This document shows positions 53,219 through 64,000 of a DNA stretch of 64,000 bases, in pieces. The notes under the pieces are model-generated. The model did not search any database, was not told where the DNA came from, and saw only the letters and a list, made by a program, of their open reading frames with translations. A program made the position numbers and the translations under genes. Position 1 is the first letter of the stretch, and each line of letters starts with the position of its first letter. The stretch comes from Camelus ferus (taxonomy: Eukaryota): the NCBI RefSeq assembly GCF_009834535.1, contig NC_045697.1, positions 95,606,001 through 95,670,000 on the forward strand, read 5' to 3'.

Positions 53219-56200
53219 ACTAAAGCTATTCCATAGAGACCTAGTTAATTATCAAAACACTTGTATCATTTCAGCCAAACTGCCAAGATTCATACATCTG
53301 AACCCAAAATAGAATCGTTTAAGTTCACATAAATTCACAGTAATTCCTACACTTAAAAAAAAAAAAATTGATGTTTCAAGGGAAATACATTGTTTGCACT
53401 GCCATATAACACCAGTTAAGGTTTGTATATTTAAATTTATCATGGAGAATTTAGAAGCCAAGAAAGACCTACTCTTCTAGCGAGCTCTGGTACAATTCTA
53501 TAATAAATTTCTGAAGATCAAGTGTATCTGGTCAACAATATGGTAGAGAGTCTTTGTGTTCCAACAGTCTCATGGATCTCCAAATTTTACTGAGATGATG
53601 TTGAGGTAACTACATGTATTCTAGGTGAAACTCAGTGGTTGGGACTCCAATCTACTTCAAGCTGAAAACACAACATAACAAAAACACTTCTCATAGTCTT
53701 TGTATTTTTGGCATGACATTCCTACTTTCTTCATAATGTTTCTAAATGTTTTATTAACATTTAGTTTGATTTAAAATATTTAGGAAAATGTAAATTAATC
53801 TAGAATTTGGTTTATGCTAAAAAATAAAACTTGAAAATAGAATTTCTATCCTTTCAGTAAGAAAGGGGAAGACCTGTGTTAAAATATAAAAGAGGGGTTA
53901 CAAACCTAAACCCCTAAAATACATAATTTTCCAAACCTAAAAATTAGGTAGCAATTATTTATATGTTGTTTTAAAAAGACTAAAGAAACCAAACCATCTT
54001 TGAAGCTAACCATATTCCTTAAAAGTATATTTTTTAGAATTATTTTAAGTGGGAAATGATAAGAGATACCAACCCAGTGAGTTAAAAAAAAAAAAAAAAA
54101 AAAAAAAACCAAAAAAAGCCCCCCAGGAATATGCACTGTTTCATGCCATCAAACTAGAAAGATCAGGCGACACTCTGGCCTTGAAATGACTGCATTCATA
54201 ACTCAAACCATGTTTCTCTCTCCCTCCCTCTTGTTCTCACTTTCCATCTCTGTATTTCATGTTGGCATATGTCTAATTCATAGCTTCCATCTGTTCTATT
54301 GAAATGTAGGACCACAAGCAGTGCTGTGGTTAAATCCTTGATCTTTCACTCTTTTGTAACCAGAGATTGTATTTCTGCTAGCTTGGTGAATGGGTGAAGG
54401 AACCTGATTGGACTGGCTTATTTATCCCTTGCTCATCAGTTTTGAAGGGTAGGACAGTGTGATAGGTCCGGCTTGTGTCAGTCACATATCTTTGTGACTG
54501 GAGGGGAGAAGTGGTGTCTGTCCCCCTCATAAAGGGGGGAGTGGCAGAGACAGGCATTTGGCAATAGTTGTATCCTGGAGCATTACCTAATTTCTGATAA
54601 GCAAATCAAAACTATATTGTGCTTTGGTAACCAACTGCCTCAGAATTTAATTTACTCAAAGGAGCAAAAAACTTTCCATTTAATGTTTCTATATGGACAA
54701 GATTATTGCAAATTGGGACTTTTTTTTTTTTTTTTTTTTAGGATACTGATAGCAAAAGCCTTAGAGATGTTAATTCCCTTTGGCACATCTTTTAGAAATT
54801 TATCCTAATTTAATAATGTTAGCTAAATATAGGCTTACTACCCCCCCCCCTTTTTTTTAACAAGAGGTCTTGTCAATATAGATTGGACTCATTCAAAAAC
54901 TGTTATAGGTTTGGGTCAGTTTAAATGGCCGATACACATTTTCTTCCCTGATTAGATATTTTAATGCTAGATAACATGAATTTCCTCTAAGGCCCTCATC
55001 CCAATACTTAGGAATTCATTCATTCTCTGCCTTCTAAACTCTATATAACATTTAGTTAACATTATTTGCTACTTTTTTTTTTTTTTCAAATGGTGGAAGA
55101 AATCTTTCACAGTAAAAATCTATCACCTTCTTACAGATTGAGGTCACTATGAGAATGTTTCTCCAATTAGTCTGCTAAAAACATCACTCTAAAAATCATG
55201 TTTTTTAAAAAATTACTTTTACAAAGTAAAAAGTAGGAAGAGTACCTTCTTCTGATTGGTAGGTTAACAGTTCTACTCACCTTATCTCCATTATCCTCTT
55301 AAGCACTACATTTTTAAACAACTTTACTAGAATATCTGCTGTCTAAAGCCTTGTTCTTCTTTTGAATTTGACTCTGAAGACATACCTTGAATTTAAACAA
55401 ACAATGGATACTTGATGGTGGGAGCAGATAATGGGGTCCTGGAAAGATTTTAAGGACTTGACCGTGTCTCTCAGAATAGTCTTTAACCCAGCCCTGGACA
55501 AGGTAAGATTTAGAAACCAAAACAGATAGAGTAAAAGAGGGAAGGGGAACTAATGAGTCACACATACATATAGAAAATTATTAAAATAAGAGAATAAATC
55601 CACCTCTTCCATTGTTTGCCAAATTTGTAATTTGTTCAAGCACTTATAAGGAGATTTTATTTTTCTTGGCATATATGTATGCTGTTCAGATAAACATGAT
55701 TGGCAAGTACTAGAATTACTGTCAATTTCTTTATAATCATGGTCTGATGTAACAGCCTGTTACCTCTAATTAGGTTATGTTCAGATTTTACAAATTTGGG
55801 ACATTATTCTTTTAGCTATATTGAAGCTATTAAAGGCATACCCAAAATTTCATTACAGGAGTTTGGGTAACAAAGGAGTTTTCCTATAACTAACTTGGAT
55901 GCTTGTTTTTCTAAGCTATACATTTTACAGTCACATTTTATTTTATTGTGAGCTCATTTTTGCTAAGCTAAAATGATCCTTATTTGTTTGCTTGGTTTTA
56001 AGGCAATGTAAAGTGTGCCACTGTCCGAGGGTCAGGGCCAGGGGAAGAGGAACACACATTTTGAAAAAAGCCTTTTTTGGAAAAAGTGAGGGTGATAATT
56101 GGTTGATTAAGGCAGCAAGTTTTCCTCCAGAGAACTGTGCAAAATTAAAGGCCAAGTTTACTATTCCTTGGAATTTTTCACTTCCTTTTACAAAGCCAAG

Positions 56201-57050
56201 GATACACACCTAGAAGTAGATCTGAAAGTAAGCATTCTAATGCAACTGCTGACAAGTGACTGCAGAAAGGCTGTGATTAATGGCTACTAAAAGTCATATC
56301 TTTCTAATCTCATTTATGAATAACCTGGGAGACTGTAGCCCAGAACCATCGATTCAGAATAGGAAAATGTCCAAAAGGCTTCTGATCTGCCCCTCTGCTC
56401 TTCTTACCTGAAGGTGCTAAATCAGTCAATAAATCCTTACACTGATAATATTGTGAACTGACATTCAACTAAATTAAAAACAACAACAACAAAACATTGC
56501 CCCCACTTCTGTAAATATACTGTTGTCCTCCCCTCCCCTCCATCATGCTCTATATGGTCACAATCAAATTTAGTGAACTTATTTCTTCACTATAGAATCT
56601 GAAATCCCTCATTCAATTAACTAAGGTCTGAGGACTTTGTAAATACACGAAGGGCAAGATGAAAATGTGAGGTGTATTTCCCCTAGCTGTCTTAACACAG
56701 AATAAAAAAAAGTTGAAAACAGAATTGGCTAGAAATTTAGACTGCGTTATAAAGACTATCGGTTGCCATCAGGTAAAAACGAAATGAAGTAGACTGGTGA
56801 AGAAAATAAATCTAGGATTCAAGATTTTAAGTTTGGTGAACAAAATTAAGGGCCCTGAGAACGATAAATAGATTTTTGCTCAACCTGAGGCAATGGTCTG
56901 CTCTATGCTCTTTAAAGGCAGGTATTAATTTTAGTATATCAAATCCATGAGCATCATATGAACTTGGTATGTTTTGGTGTATGAGAGAAGTAACAAAACA
57001 TGGTTTTTTGATTATGGTATTCAACGAATGAATCCCTTACTGCCATAATC
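53219..57050 (+). pseudogene. Dynein stalk/microtubule-binding domain and AAA5 pseudo-exons (~53219-53340, ~53440-53542, ~55330-55502, 56003-56227, ~56701-56967)
   Basis: KAIP..KIHTSEPK; EAKKDLLF*RALVQF/ISEDQV; GKSEGDNWLIKAASFPPENCAKL..IPW (W...EN...P pattern, 225 nt, GTAAGC donor); ELARNLDCVI (cf. ELDPxLDPVL), GFKIL, INFSIS. Confidence 0.65.
54130..54600. mobile_element. Old MaLR LTR (MLT1-like)
   Basis: ctgattggactggctt...ggacagtgtgataggtccggcttgtgtcagtcacat motif. Confidence 0.5.
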
Positions 57051-57459
57051 ACTCAACCAAGAGAAACAGATTGACTTAATGGTTATACCATTACAGATAT
57101 AGCCCTTAGTTTGTGCTTTCTTTACTTATGCCAATTACAGACCCATTCCTTTGAGATACAACATCCCAAAATACATAGGGATTAGTGCAACCTATTATAT
57201 TATCTCAGAGTATTATCATCATCAGGTTGTGGGTTAAACCATATGAAACCACTATAACCCCTGATTGTTTTACATATCAAAACATATAATTCCTTAAATT
57301 AAAAGGCAAGGCTAGATTTTTAAGAGGGTAGAATTAAAGTGAAGTGTTTTTGAGTTTTGTGAGAAATTTCCTATCAAATGAGCGTTAAACTAAAAATCTA
57401 CTGATATTTTGTAAAATAGAGGCCCCATCATCCCAGCACATTTTAAAAAGTAAAGTATG

Positions 57460-58225
57460 ATTGTTAGAGAATGTGGATCACTGACATTCCTGATAATAAT
57501 GTAAAATGGCATAGCTACTCTGGAAAGTAGTATGTTTCTTATAAAATTAAACATGTGTTTTCCATCTGACCCAGCAATTGTACCATTGGGCATTTATCCC
57601 AGAAAAACAAAAACTGTTAACATAAAACCTGTATTATAGATTTATTACATAATAGCCAGAGCTTTAGGTAGGAAATGCTGTCCTTCCATACATGAATGGT
57701 TACCACCAGACTGTGGCACATCATACCTTGAAATACTATTCAGCAATAAAAAGGAACAAATTATTGATACATGTAGCAACTTAGATAGATTTCAAGGAAA
57801 ATATTCTGAGTGAAGAGCCAATCTCAAAGGCTGTATATGCTATGGAAGTCCAATTATATAGCATTCTTAAACAGAAAATCATAGAGATGGAGAACCAATG
57901 AACAGTTGGTAGGGGACAAGTTGTCTGTGGCTATACAAGGGTAGCACAAGGGATCTCTGTAATGGAACTATTCTGTATCTTGTGGTGTTCATATGAACCT
58001 ACACATAGAACTGCACGCGCGTGCGCGCACACACACGTACATGTAAAACCGCTGAAATCTGAATAAGGTCATTGGGTAGTATCAATGTCATTTGACTGTT
58101 TTTGATAATAGTTTTTTTGGAAGCTATTACTTACCATGGGGAGAAAATGGGTAAAGGTATGTGGAATCTTTCCGTAGTATTTCTTATAACTGCGTGTTGA
58201 TCTGTACATCTCAAAATAAAATCTT
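57460..58225 (+). mobile_element. Old L1 3' end (L1MB/MC-like)
   Basis: gacccagcaattgtaccattgggcatttatcccagaaaaa...aaatactattcagcaataaaaaggaac...ctcaaaataaaa. Confidence 0.8.
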
Positions 58226-58421
58226 TAAATGTCTTTTAGAAAGCAAAAATGAGTTTGCTGAAGGCTTGTCTATGACTCAAAAAAGTGTTGCACAGTTTTA
58301 GGCTGCCCAGATACTCAAACTTTTTGGCTTATTGTAGTAACAGGAACTACAAGAACAGTATAATATAGGTTATAAAATATATGAAATATTTGGACCAGTC
58401 CATTAGCCAGGCTATTAGATT

Positions 58422-58815
58422 CTGTGGTAGATTAGATCATTGTTCCACAAATACTTTTCCCCTTCCTCTTCCCGCTGTGGACTTAGGCCATGTGACTTGC
58501 TTTGTGAAAAGGATTGACAGAAGGCATATAAGGAGAGGCTTGAAATGTACTTGTGTGTTTGGGCTTGGCCTGTTGTACATCTGTCTTAGCTGTGAGAAGA
58601 GCATGCCTCAGGAAACCCACTGGTCCCAGGAGAATGAGAAATACAAGAAACAGACCTGAACCAAACCCATGGTCAAGAATTAATCACGGTGTTAGATCAG
58701 CTGAACTCTGGCCAAACCACATGCACAAGAGTGAGAAATCAAAGCTTGATTTGCATGCCACTTCTTTTAGAGGGGTTTGCTATACAGCTTTATTGTGGCT
58801 ATGGTTGACTAATAC
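58422..58815 (+). mobile_element. MaLR MLT1 LTR
   Basis: tgtggtag...ggccatgtgacttgcttt...tgtgagaagagcatgcct...tttgctatacagctttattgtggctatggttgactaatac. Confidence 0.75.
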
Positions 58816-59094
58816 TGAACAAATAATTAATGAGAATAGATTTCAAGATACTTTTACTGAGATGATGGCCTAGGTAGAACAATGTGGTGTAGAAGCGTAG
58901 GTCACAACTGACAGTTACCAAATATCTGCCTTCTCAGAGATGAAACTGACATTTAAGTACAGACCTTGGTATGCTTTGTTTTCCTGTCATATTATTAGTG
59001 CTTTATTTTCTCTCTGCCCCAAACTTCGTAGGGTTAAAATTGGGAAAGATGCCTTTTTTAATTTGGCTTATCCCAATTGTTAAATCTAGTGAGT

Positions 59095-59185
59095 TTTAAT
59101 GAATATATGTATGCCCACGTATGACTGAAGCATTGTGCTGTACACCAGAAATGTTCACAACGTTGTAAACTGACTATACTTCACT
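59095..59185 (+). mobile_element. Tiny young L1 3' tip
   Basis: gtatgactgaagcattgtgctgtacaccagaaat...ttgtaaactgactatacttca is the reverse complement of the 3' ends at 3080 and 14945. Confidence 0.75.
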
Positions 59186-59199
59186 AATATTGTGTCTGT

Positions 59200-62100
59200 A
59201 TGTCTGTGTGTATTATGTATGTCTTTACCTTTTGATGGTATCATCAAAATTAATTTGTAAATGAGATCTACTTAATTGGCCTAAAGGAAGTTAAGCACTG
59301 ATATAAATTCTCAGAAATATAAAAGGAAACTGGCCAGAATGAATTTCAGGTTTGTATGAATGGGGAATTATTCAGCATTAAATTAATACTTGGTATTAAA
59401 GGGCTGATTTAACTAATATAGACATGTCTTTAGAGACATCAACATTAAATATTAATACCTTCGTTGTACCTAGGTTTAACAGAAGTCAAATAAGATCTTA
59501 TATCTCTTGTAAATTTCTCAATAAGAAAAATAACTTCATATGGTGAAATTCTTAGAAGTAAACTGAATGCAAATGAGATAAGAGCCTTTGGATAAATTCT
59601 TTAGGAGTAATATATTTTAGAGATGTCTACCTAAAAATAATTTCTCCAGATATTTGGTAACTTAAAATTTTAGAGTTGTGCTAAATTAAGTTCAATGATG
59701 GAAGTTTATTGAATCGTTAGGTCATTCCCAAATATATTTAGATACTGAAGCATTAATTACTGAATATTGGCTTCCTTTTGCAGAGAAACTAAAGGTATCT
59801 AGCACTATTATTTTTAGTACCAATGAGATATTTTCTATAATAAAGCACTTTTTTTTTTTTTTTAGAAATTATTGATATTTATTTGGAGTCTACAAAATAC
59901 TAATGTCAAAGATAATTCATAATGCTTACTTCTTAGTTTTCATTATAAATTGAGATTTTTAAGAGTTGAGGATTCTATTTTTAAATTTTAATTAAAGCCA
60001 ATAAGAAAAATACGGGAAGCAGTTTACATTAGGAAAGTAGGCTGTGTGATTCAGTAAAGAAGGTATGAGGAATGGAATTGCATTTCGTTAAGGGAAAATA
60101 AAAGTAGATTTTTCTATATAGCTTGTCTCTGGGTGGAATAAAACAAGGCAAACTAATATGGATATAGAAGGTGATGAAAGGGTTCATGATTAAAGGTCTG
60201 TGGGAAAGGAACCCTAAGAAAAGGGCTTTGTGCATGATCAAGATTAAAATAAATCTAAATTTAACTAAATAAGTTAATAGATTTGGTTGTTAATAGTAAG
60301 TTGGTGCAAAACTTGAATTTAGTTTTCTCTCTCTGGTAAGATAATTTTTTTAAAATGTTCGTCTGTTTTTGATAACAGAGTGTAAGGGTTTTTTTTTACC
60401 TTTACTTGTAAATCTGTTGTAACTTTCCATATTTGCCTTTGAAATGTTTCATTCTCACTTTGGCTAAGGGAATAAGTATTATTTTACTGTGACCTCTGAT
60501 CTTATCTGACCAAGTGGTTTAAAACCTTTTTGGTATTTTTTGACAAATTTCACAAATCCAATTTGAATGAAGTTTCTCTAACATATAGCTAACTTTGGGA
60601 TGCTTCCGAGGGCCCCTGAAACATCCCCAAAAGAGATATTAAACTAATTAGGTTCACTTGGCATGTTAAATTGCATGGGAAGTGTTGTCAAATAAGTAAT
60701 CATCTTAGGTTACATTAGGAAAAATATTAATATAGATTCTAGAAATGATATGAAATTCTTTAAAAGCTGGTAATCCTGGTAAAAAGCTATCAGTCATAAT
60801 TCTAGTTATTATCTTAAAATGCTGTATGTCACAGCAGTATCCATTTATGAATTACATTGTAGTCAAGTTTTTAACTGTGCCTTAAGTCTTTTATCATTCA
60901 TAGATATGGTTTACCCTGATGCCTTTGCACAATGCCTCCTCTCCAAGACAGTTTATAGAAAAGACTTCTTTGATTAAGTATAGGTGTTGGATAACTTTCA
61001 GACCACAGTGTTGAACTAGGTAAGAAATTAAAGAATTCTAATGGAAAACCTGAAAAGTTTCATAGAAGTTTCATAAAAGGATTAGTTACAGAGGCCTGAG
61101 TGAACCAGTGAATAATGGTTATAATATTTATGGTTCCTCTCTGAAACATTACTGGCTTTTAACCTGTGTTTTCCAGATAGAAAGAAACCCTCCTCCTTAA
61201 GCTAATCATGACTCACAGCAATTTGGTAAATTATACTTACGTATGCAGACTTGAACAGTTGTCCTTTCTATCTGATCCCTCCAGAGATTAAGTCACTGGG
61301 AACCTAAGAGTTCCTAATCAGATAAATTAGGAAGATCACCTCTAACAGGTATAGGAATCTCAAGGTATTTTGGGGACCTCGAAAAGAAAAGAATTCATCT
61401 AAATCTGTCAGGCAGAAACTGAGACAAGCCCTGGACATGGCCTTCCTGGCCTTAGGAGACCTGATTACAATTGCAGCCTGAGACTCTTCATGAAAAGTTC
61501 CAGCCCAGCCAGTTTAAAAGAGCCTATATGAACAAATAATCAACTTGCAGACAAATTAACCTTGACTTGGCTATATTTGATAAAAAATGAGAGTAACTTT
61601 AGAGAAAAAAAGATAATGTTTCAGTGAATGTTAAATTCAAGCTTTGTTAAGGGAGATACGTATTTATGGCCTAAGAGGCACTTCCCAGGTAGTTCCTTGC
61701 TGTTTTGTTATACAGTTTACTTACTTATTTCCTGTAAAGTTTAATTGAATTACAGCATCCTTTTAATAAGTTTGTTTCTGAAGCTTATGTCAGGAATCTA
61801 TCTTTGGGTGAAGATCCGATGCCCGTGACCTGCAACCAGGAGATGATGCATACTGGAAAAGACACAGTTTAAGGACTGTCTCCAACCTGGATGGAAGGAC
61901 CTTTGCTAGGTACTGTAACTGGCAGTGAAACTGAAGGGAATTGACTCCTGGACTAATATTCCCACTTACAGAGGACCTCTGCACTGGACTGGCCTACGGA
62001 GAGAACTACTGACCTCAAAATCATCCCAAAACACAATGCTCAAAAAAAGGAGATGCTACTAGGCCAGGATGAGAAGATGACAGCATCGGAGGTAGACAGC

Positions 62101-63071
62101 TGAACCAAGACACAGGACCAGGCCTGCATACCTGTTACTTTGATAATTGCTCACACTTTCGCTTATGAACTACGTGTATTTCACAATCTTATGCAGAGTT
62201 AAACTTAATCCAATTGTTAGTTTTATGGTTAATTACCTATAACCAGTACTCCTGGTTACCTTGGTGGGTTTCCCTACTCCAAGGCTGTAACTGGGTAGCC
62301 CTTAGAAAATTTATTCTAGAAGAAATTGTAGTTCTGTTTAGACCACTACTGATATTACTAGGTGGGATCCCCTCACCTGGCCAATTAGTCATACCTGCTC
62401 TGAGCCTGGCCATAAATACGAATTTTCTTTCTCAATCAAGACAACAGGCAAAATTTCAGCCTAAGAAAAGGCTCCCTTATGTTGGGAAAAATTAAATTAT
62501 ACCAAGGATAGCCAGCCTAATAACACACTCAAAAATGTAATTGGGTGTCTTATGAACAATTTCTGTACAGCATCTTCCTTAAAGATAAGAATCGGTGCAG
62601 AACAAATTAAGTCAGATGACCTAGGCATGCACTGGGCCACACCTAATAGACATTCTTCGCTTAAATTTACTTATGACCTTACTAATACTGCTAAGTATAT
62701 TACTTGTATTTTGCCTACTTTACAAAATTTTTTCTTGCATTACCAAATGTGTGACTGTTCTCTGATAAAATAGTGACTTGGCGACTTGAAGTAGTAGACC
62801 AGATACTACTGTATGAGACCAATGATTGTAATAGTGTAACTCTAGATATGGGAAGAAGCAATAAGAGGGAATGTGTTCCTGGACCATAAGAGACTAGTAA
62901 GACAGGGGGTCCAGAGACTTTTTGCTACTGTTAATAAGGCCTGGTCCCATTTGAGTGGCCTGTCAACAAAATCCTCACCTAACCTAGGGATAATTATTCC
63001 TAACACCCTGGGACAAATGGTCTTGAAATACCTCCCAAATGATGGTTGAATTTATTACCATGAGGGGGCCC
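59200..63071 (+). mobile_element. Degenerate class I ERV internal region with integrase C-terminal and env-like remnants
   Basis: ~61830-61955 translates with frameshifts to LQPGDDAYWKRH...AVKLKGIDSW (integrase C-terminal pattern); long AT-rich non-coding interior typical of MER-int elements. Confidence 0.7.
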
Positions 63072-63537
63072 TGATAACTAAACATTGGCACTTGCCAACA
63101 ACCTCTGCTTGGATTAAAATCAAGAGCTACTGCAGCCACTGACCTCCAACACACCCTGAAAGGAGTTCAGGATGGAGGTCAGGAATGAGGTGCTCTGGGA
63201 AAACTAGCTGAACAGGCCCTCAGATAGTTAAATATTTTCAGAAGATTTTATGGCCCCAATTCTTATGTCTCCTCATATCTAGAAAAGCACTAGAAAATCA
63301 TTAACAGTGACATCTGCTCCTTGTGACTAGCAGCAAGCCTCTGCCTATATGTGTGCTTGACTGACTGCATGTAACCCTCCTTCACAAAAATCCTGTATTA
63401 TACTCAGTTCCTCCCTGCTTCTTTGGAACAGTTTCTCAGCTATCTGAGATGCTGCCTCCCAAGCTGTAGTCCTCATTTTGCTCCAAATAAAACTTAACCC
63501 ACAACTCTCATATTGTGTGATTTTATTTCATTCAACA
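63072..63537 (+). mobile_element. ERV 3' LTR
   Basis: Preceded by purine tract gaggggg; TG...CA ends; AATAAA at ~63486. Confidence 0.75.
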
Positions 63538-63689
63538 CTTTCTGCAACTTTCTGAACTTATGATTTTAAGCCTACAAGTAAAATCTTAACAGTAATATTA
63601 AATACTAAAATTTGTTTAGTGGTTTGTGAACTTATGTTGCCATATGAAATGAAATACAAAATTACAAAAGTACATAATAAAATGAGGGA

Positions 63690-63800
63690 TATCTGGAGTA
63701 AACTGAAAAGAGCTCTACAGAAGTTTCCATATTACTTAGGCAAAAAGGCAGTAGATTTACGTGATGCCTAATTTATGTCTACTGACTCCTTTCATATGTT
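63690..63800 (+). pseudogene. Possible post-AAA5 dynein pseudo-exon
   Basis: IWSKLKRALQKFPYYLGKKAVDLRDA*FM weakly fits R..Y.P+A.RA..L+. Confidence 0.35.
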
Positions 63801-64000
63801 ATGTGTACATATATATATTATATATTATAAATATGTCTATATTTTATGAATATGTACTTTTATGATCTAATAAGCTTTTTTTAAATCATTTTCCTATTTT
63901 TCTAGGAAATTAAACCCTTTCACTTTTTATTTACCTTCACTGTCTTATTTTACACTCCTCATAATTTCAACTAAAAAAAATTTGAACTGCAGCAAGTATT

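Larger units (their letters stand above)
17..63800 (+). pseudogene. Unprocessed, highly degraded axonemal dynein heavy chain pseudogene (DNHD1/DNAH6-like inner-arm type); likely extends beyond both window edges
   Basis: About 30 collinear exon-like remnants. Manual translation gives, in canonical order, LFQLYYYIIEN, LWKTF, TEFSL, KCRLRSECLSF, EKWL, YEYAG, TGKK...FN, GGY*G, LTM..KSVF, KLCNIF*ACSE, ELWG..DGL, RFLKHY, VPHL, HIHNTV, W..EN, ELARNLDCVI and INF. Many in-frame stops and frameshifts are present. Compared from memory with dynein heavy chain consensus. Confidence 0.82.

Noticed and set aside
58013..58042. Alternating purine-pyrimidine tract (possible Z-DNA)
   Set aside because: Short microsatellite-like decay inside an L1 3'UTR.

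Overview
AT-rich mammalian genomic DNA; the style of the young L1 3' ends suggests a camelid or other cetartiodactyl (inference). There is no intact protein-coding gene, and the listed ORFs are L1 debris or chance frames. Much of the window is transposon-derived: several L1s (including a ~9.7 kb tandem pair), L2, MIR, MaLR LTRs, Tigger/hAT MITEs and a ~4.5 kb ERV remnant. The key observation is that the unique DNA between the repeats holds about 30 short + strand segments, many bounded by AG/GT splice signals. Their stop- and frameshift-interrupted translations follow the motif order of an axonemal dynein heavy chain from base 17 to ~63,800: tail, linker, YEYxG, AAA1 P-loop, AAA2, AAA3, AAA4, stalk/microtubule-binding domain and AAA5. 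I interpret this as a heavily decayed, intron-containing fossil of a DNHD1/DNAH6-like dynein heavy chain gene. Protein comparisons were made by eye against remembered dynein consensus and need alignment to confirm.
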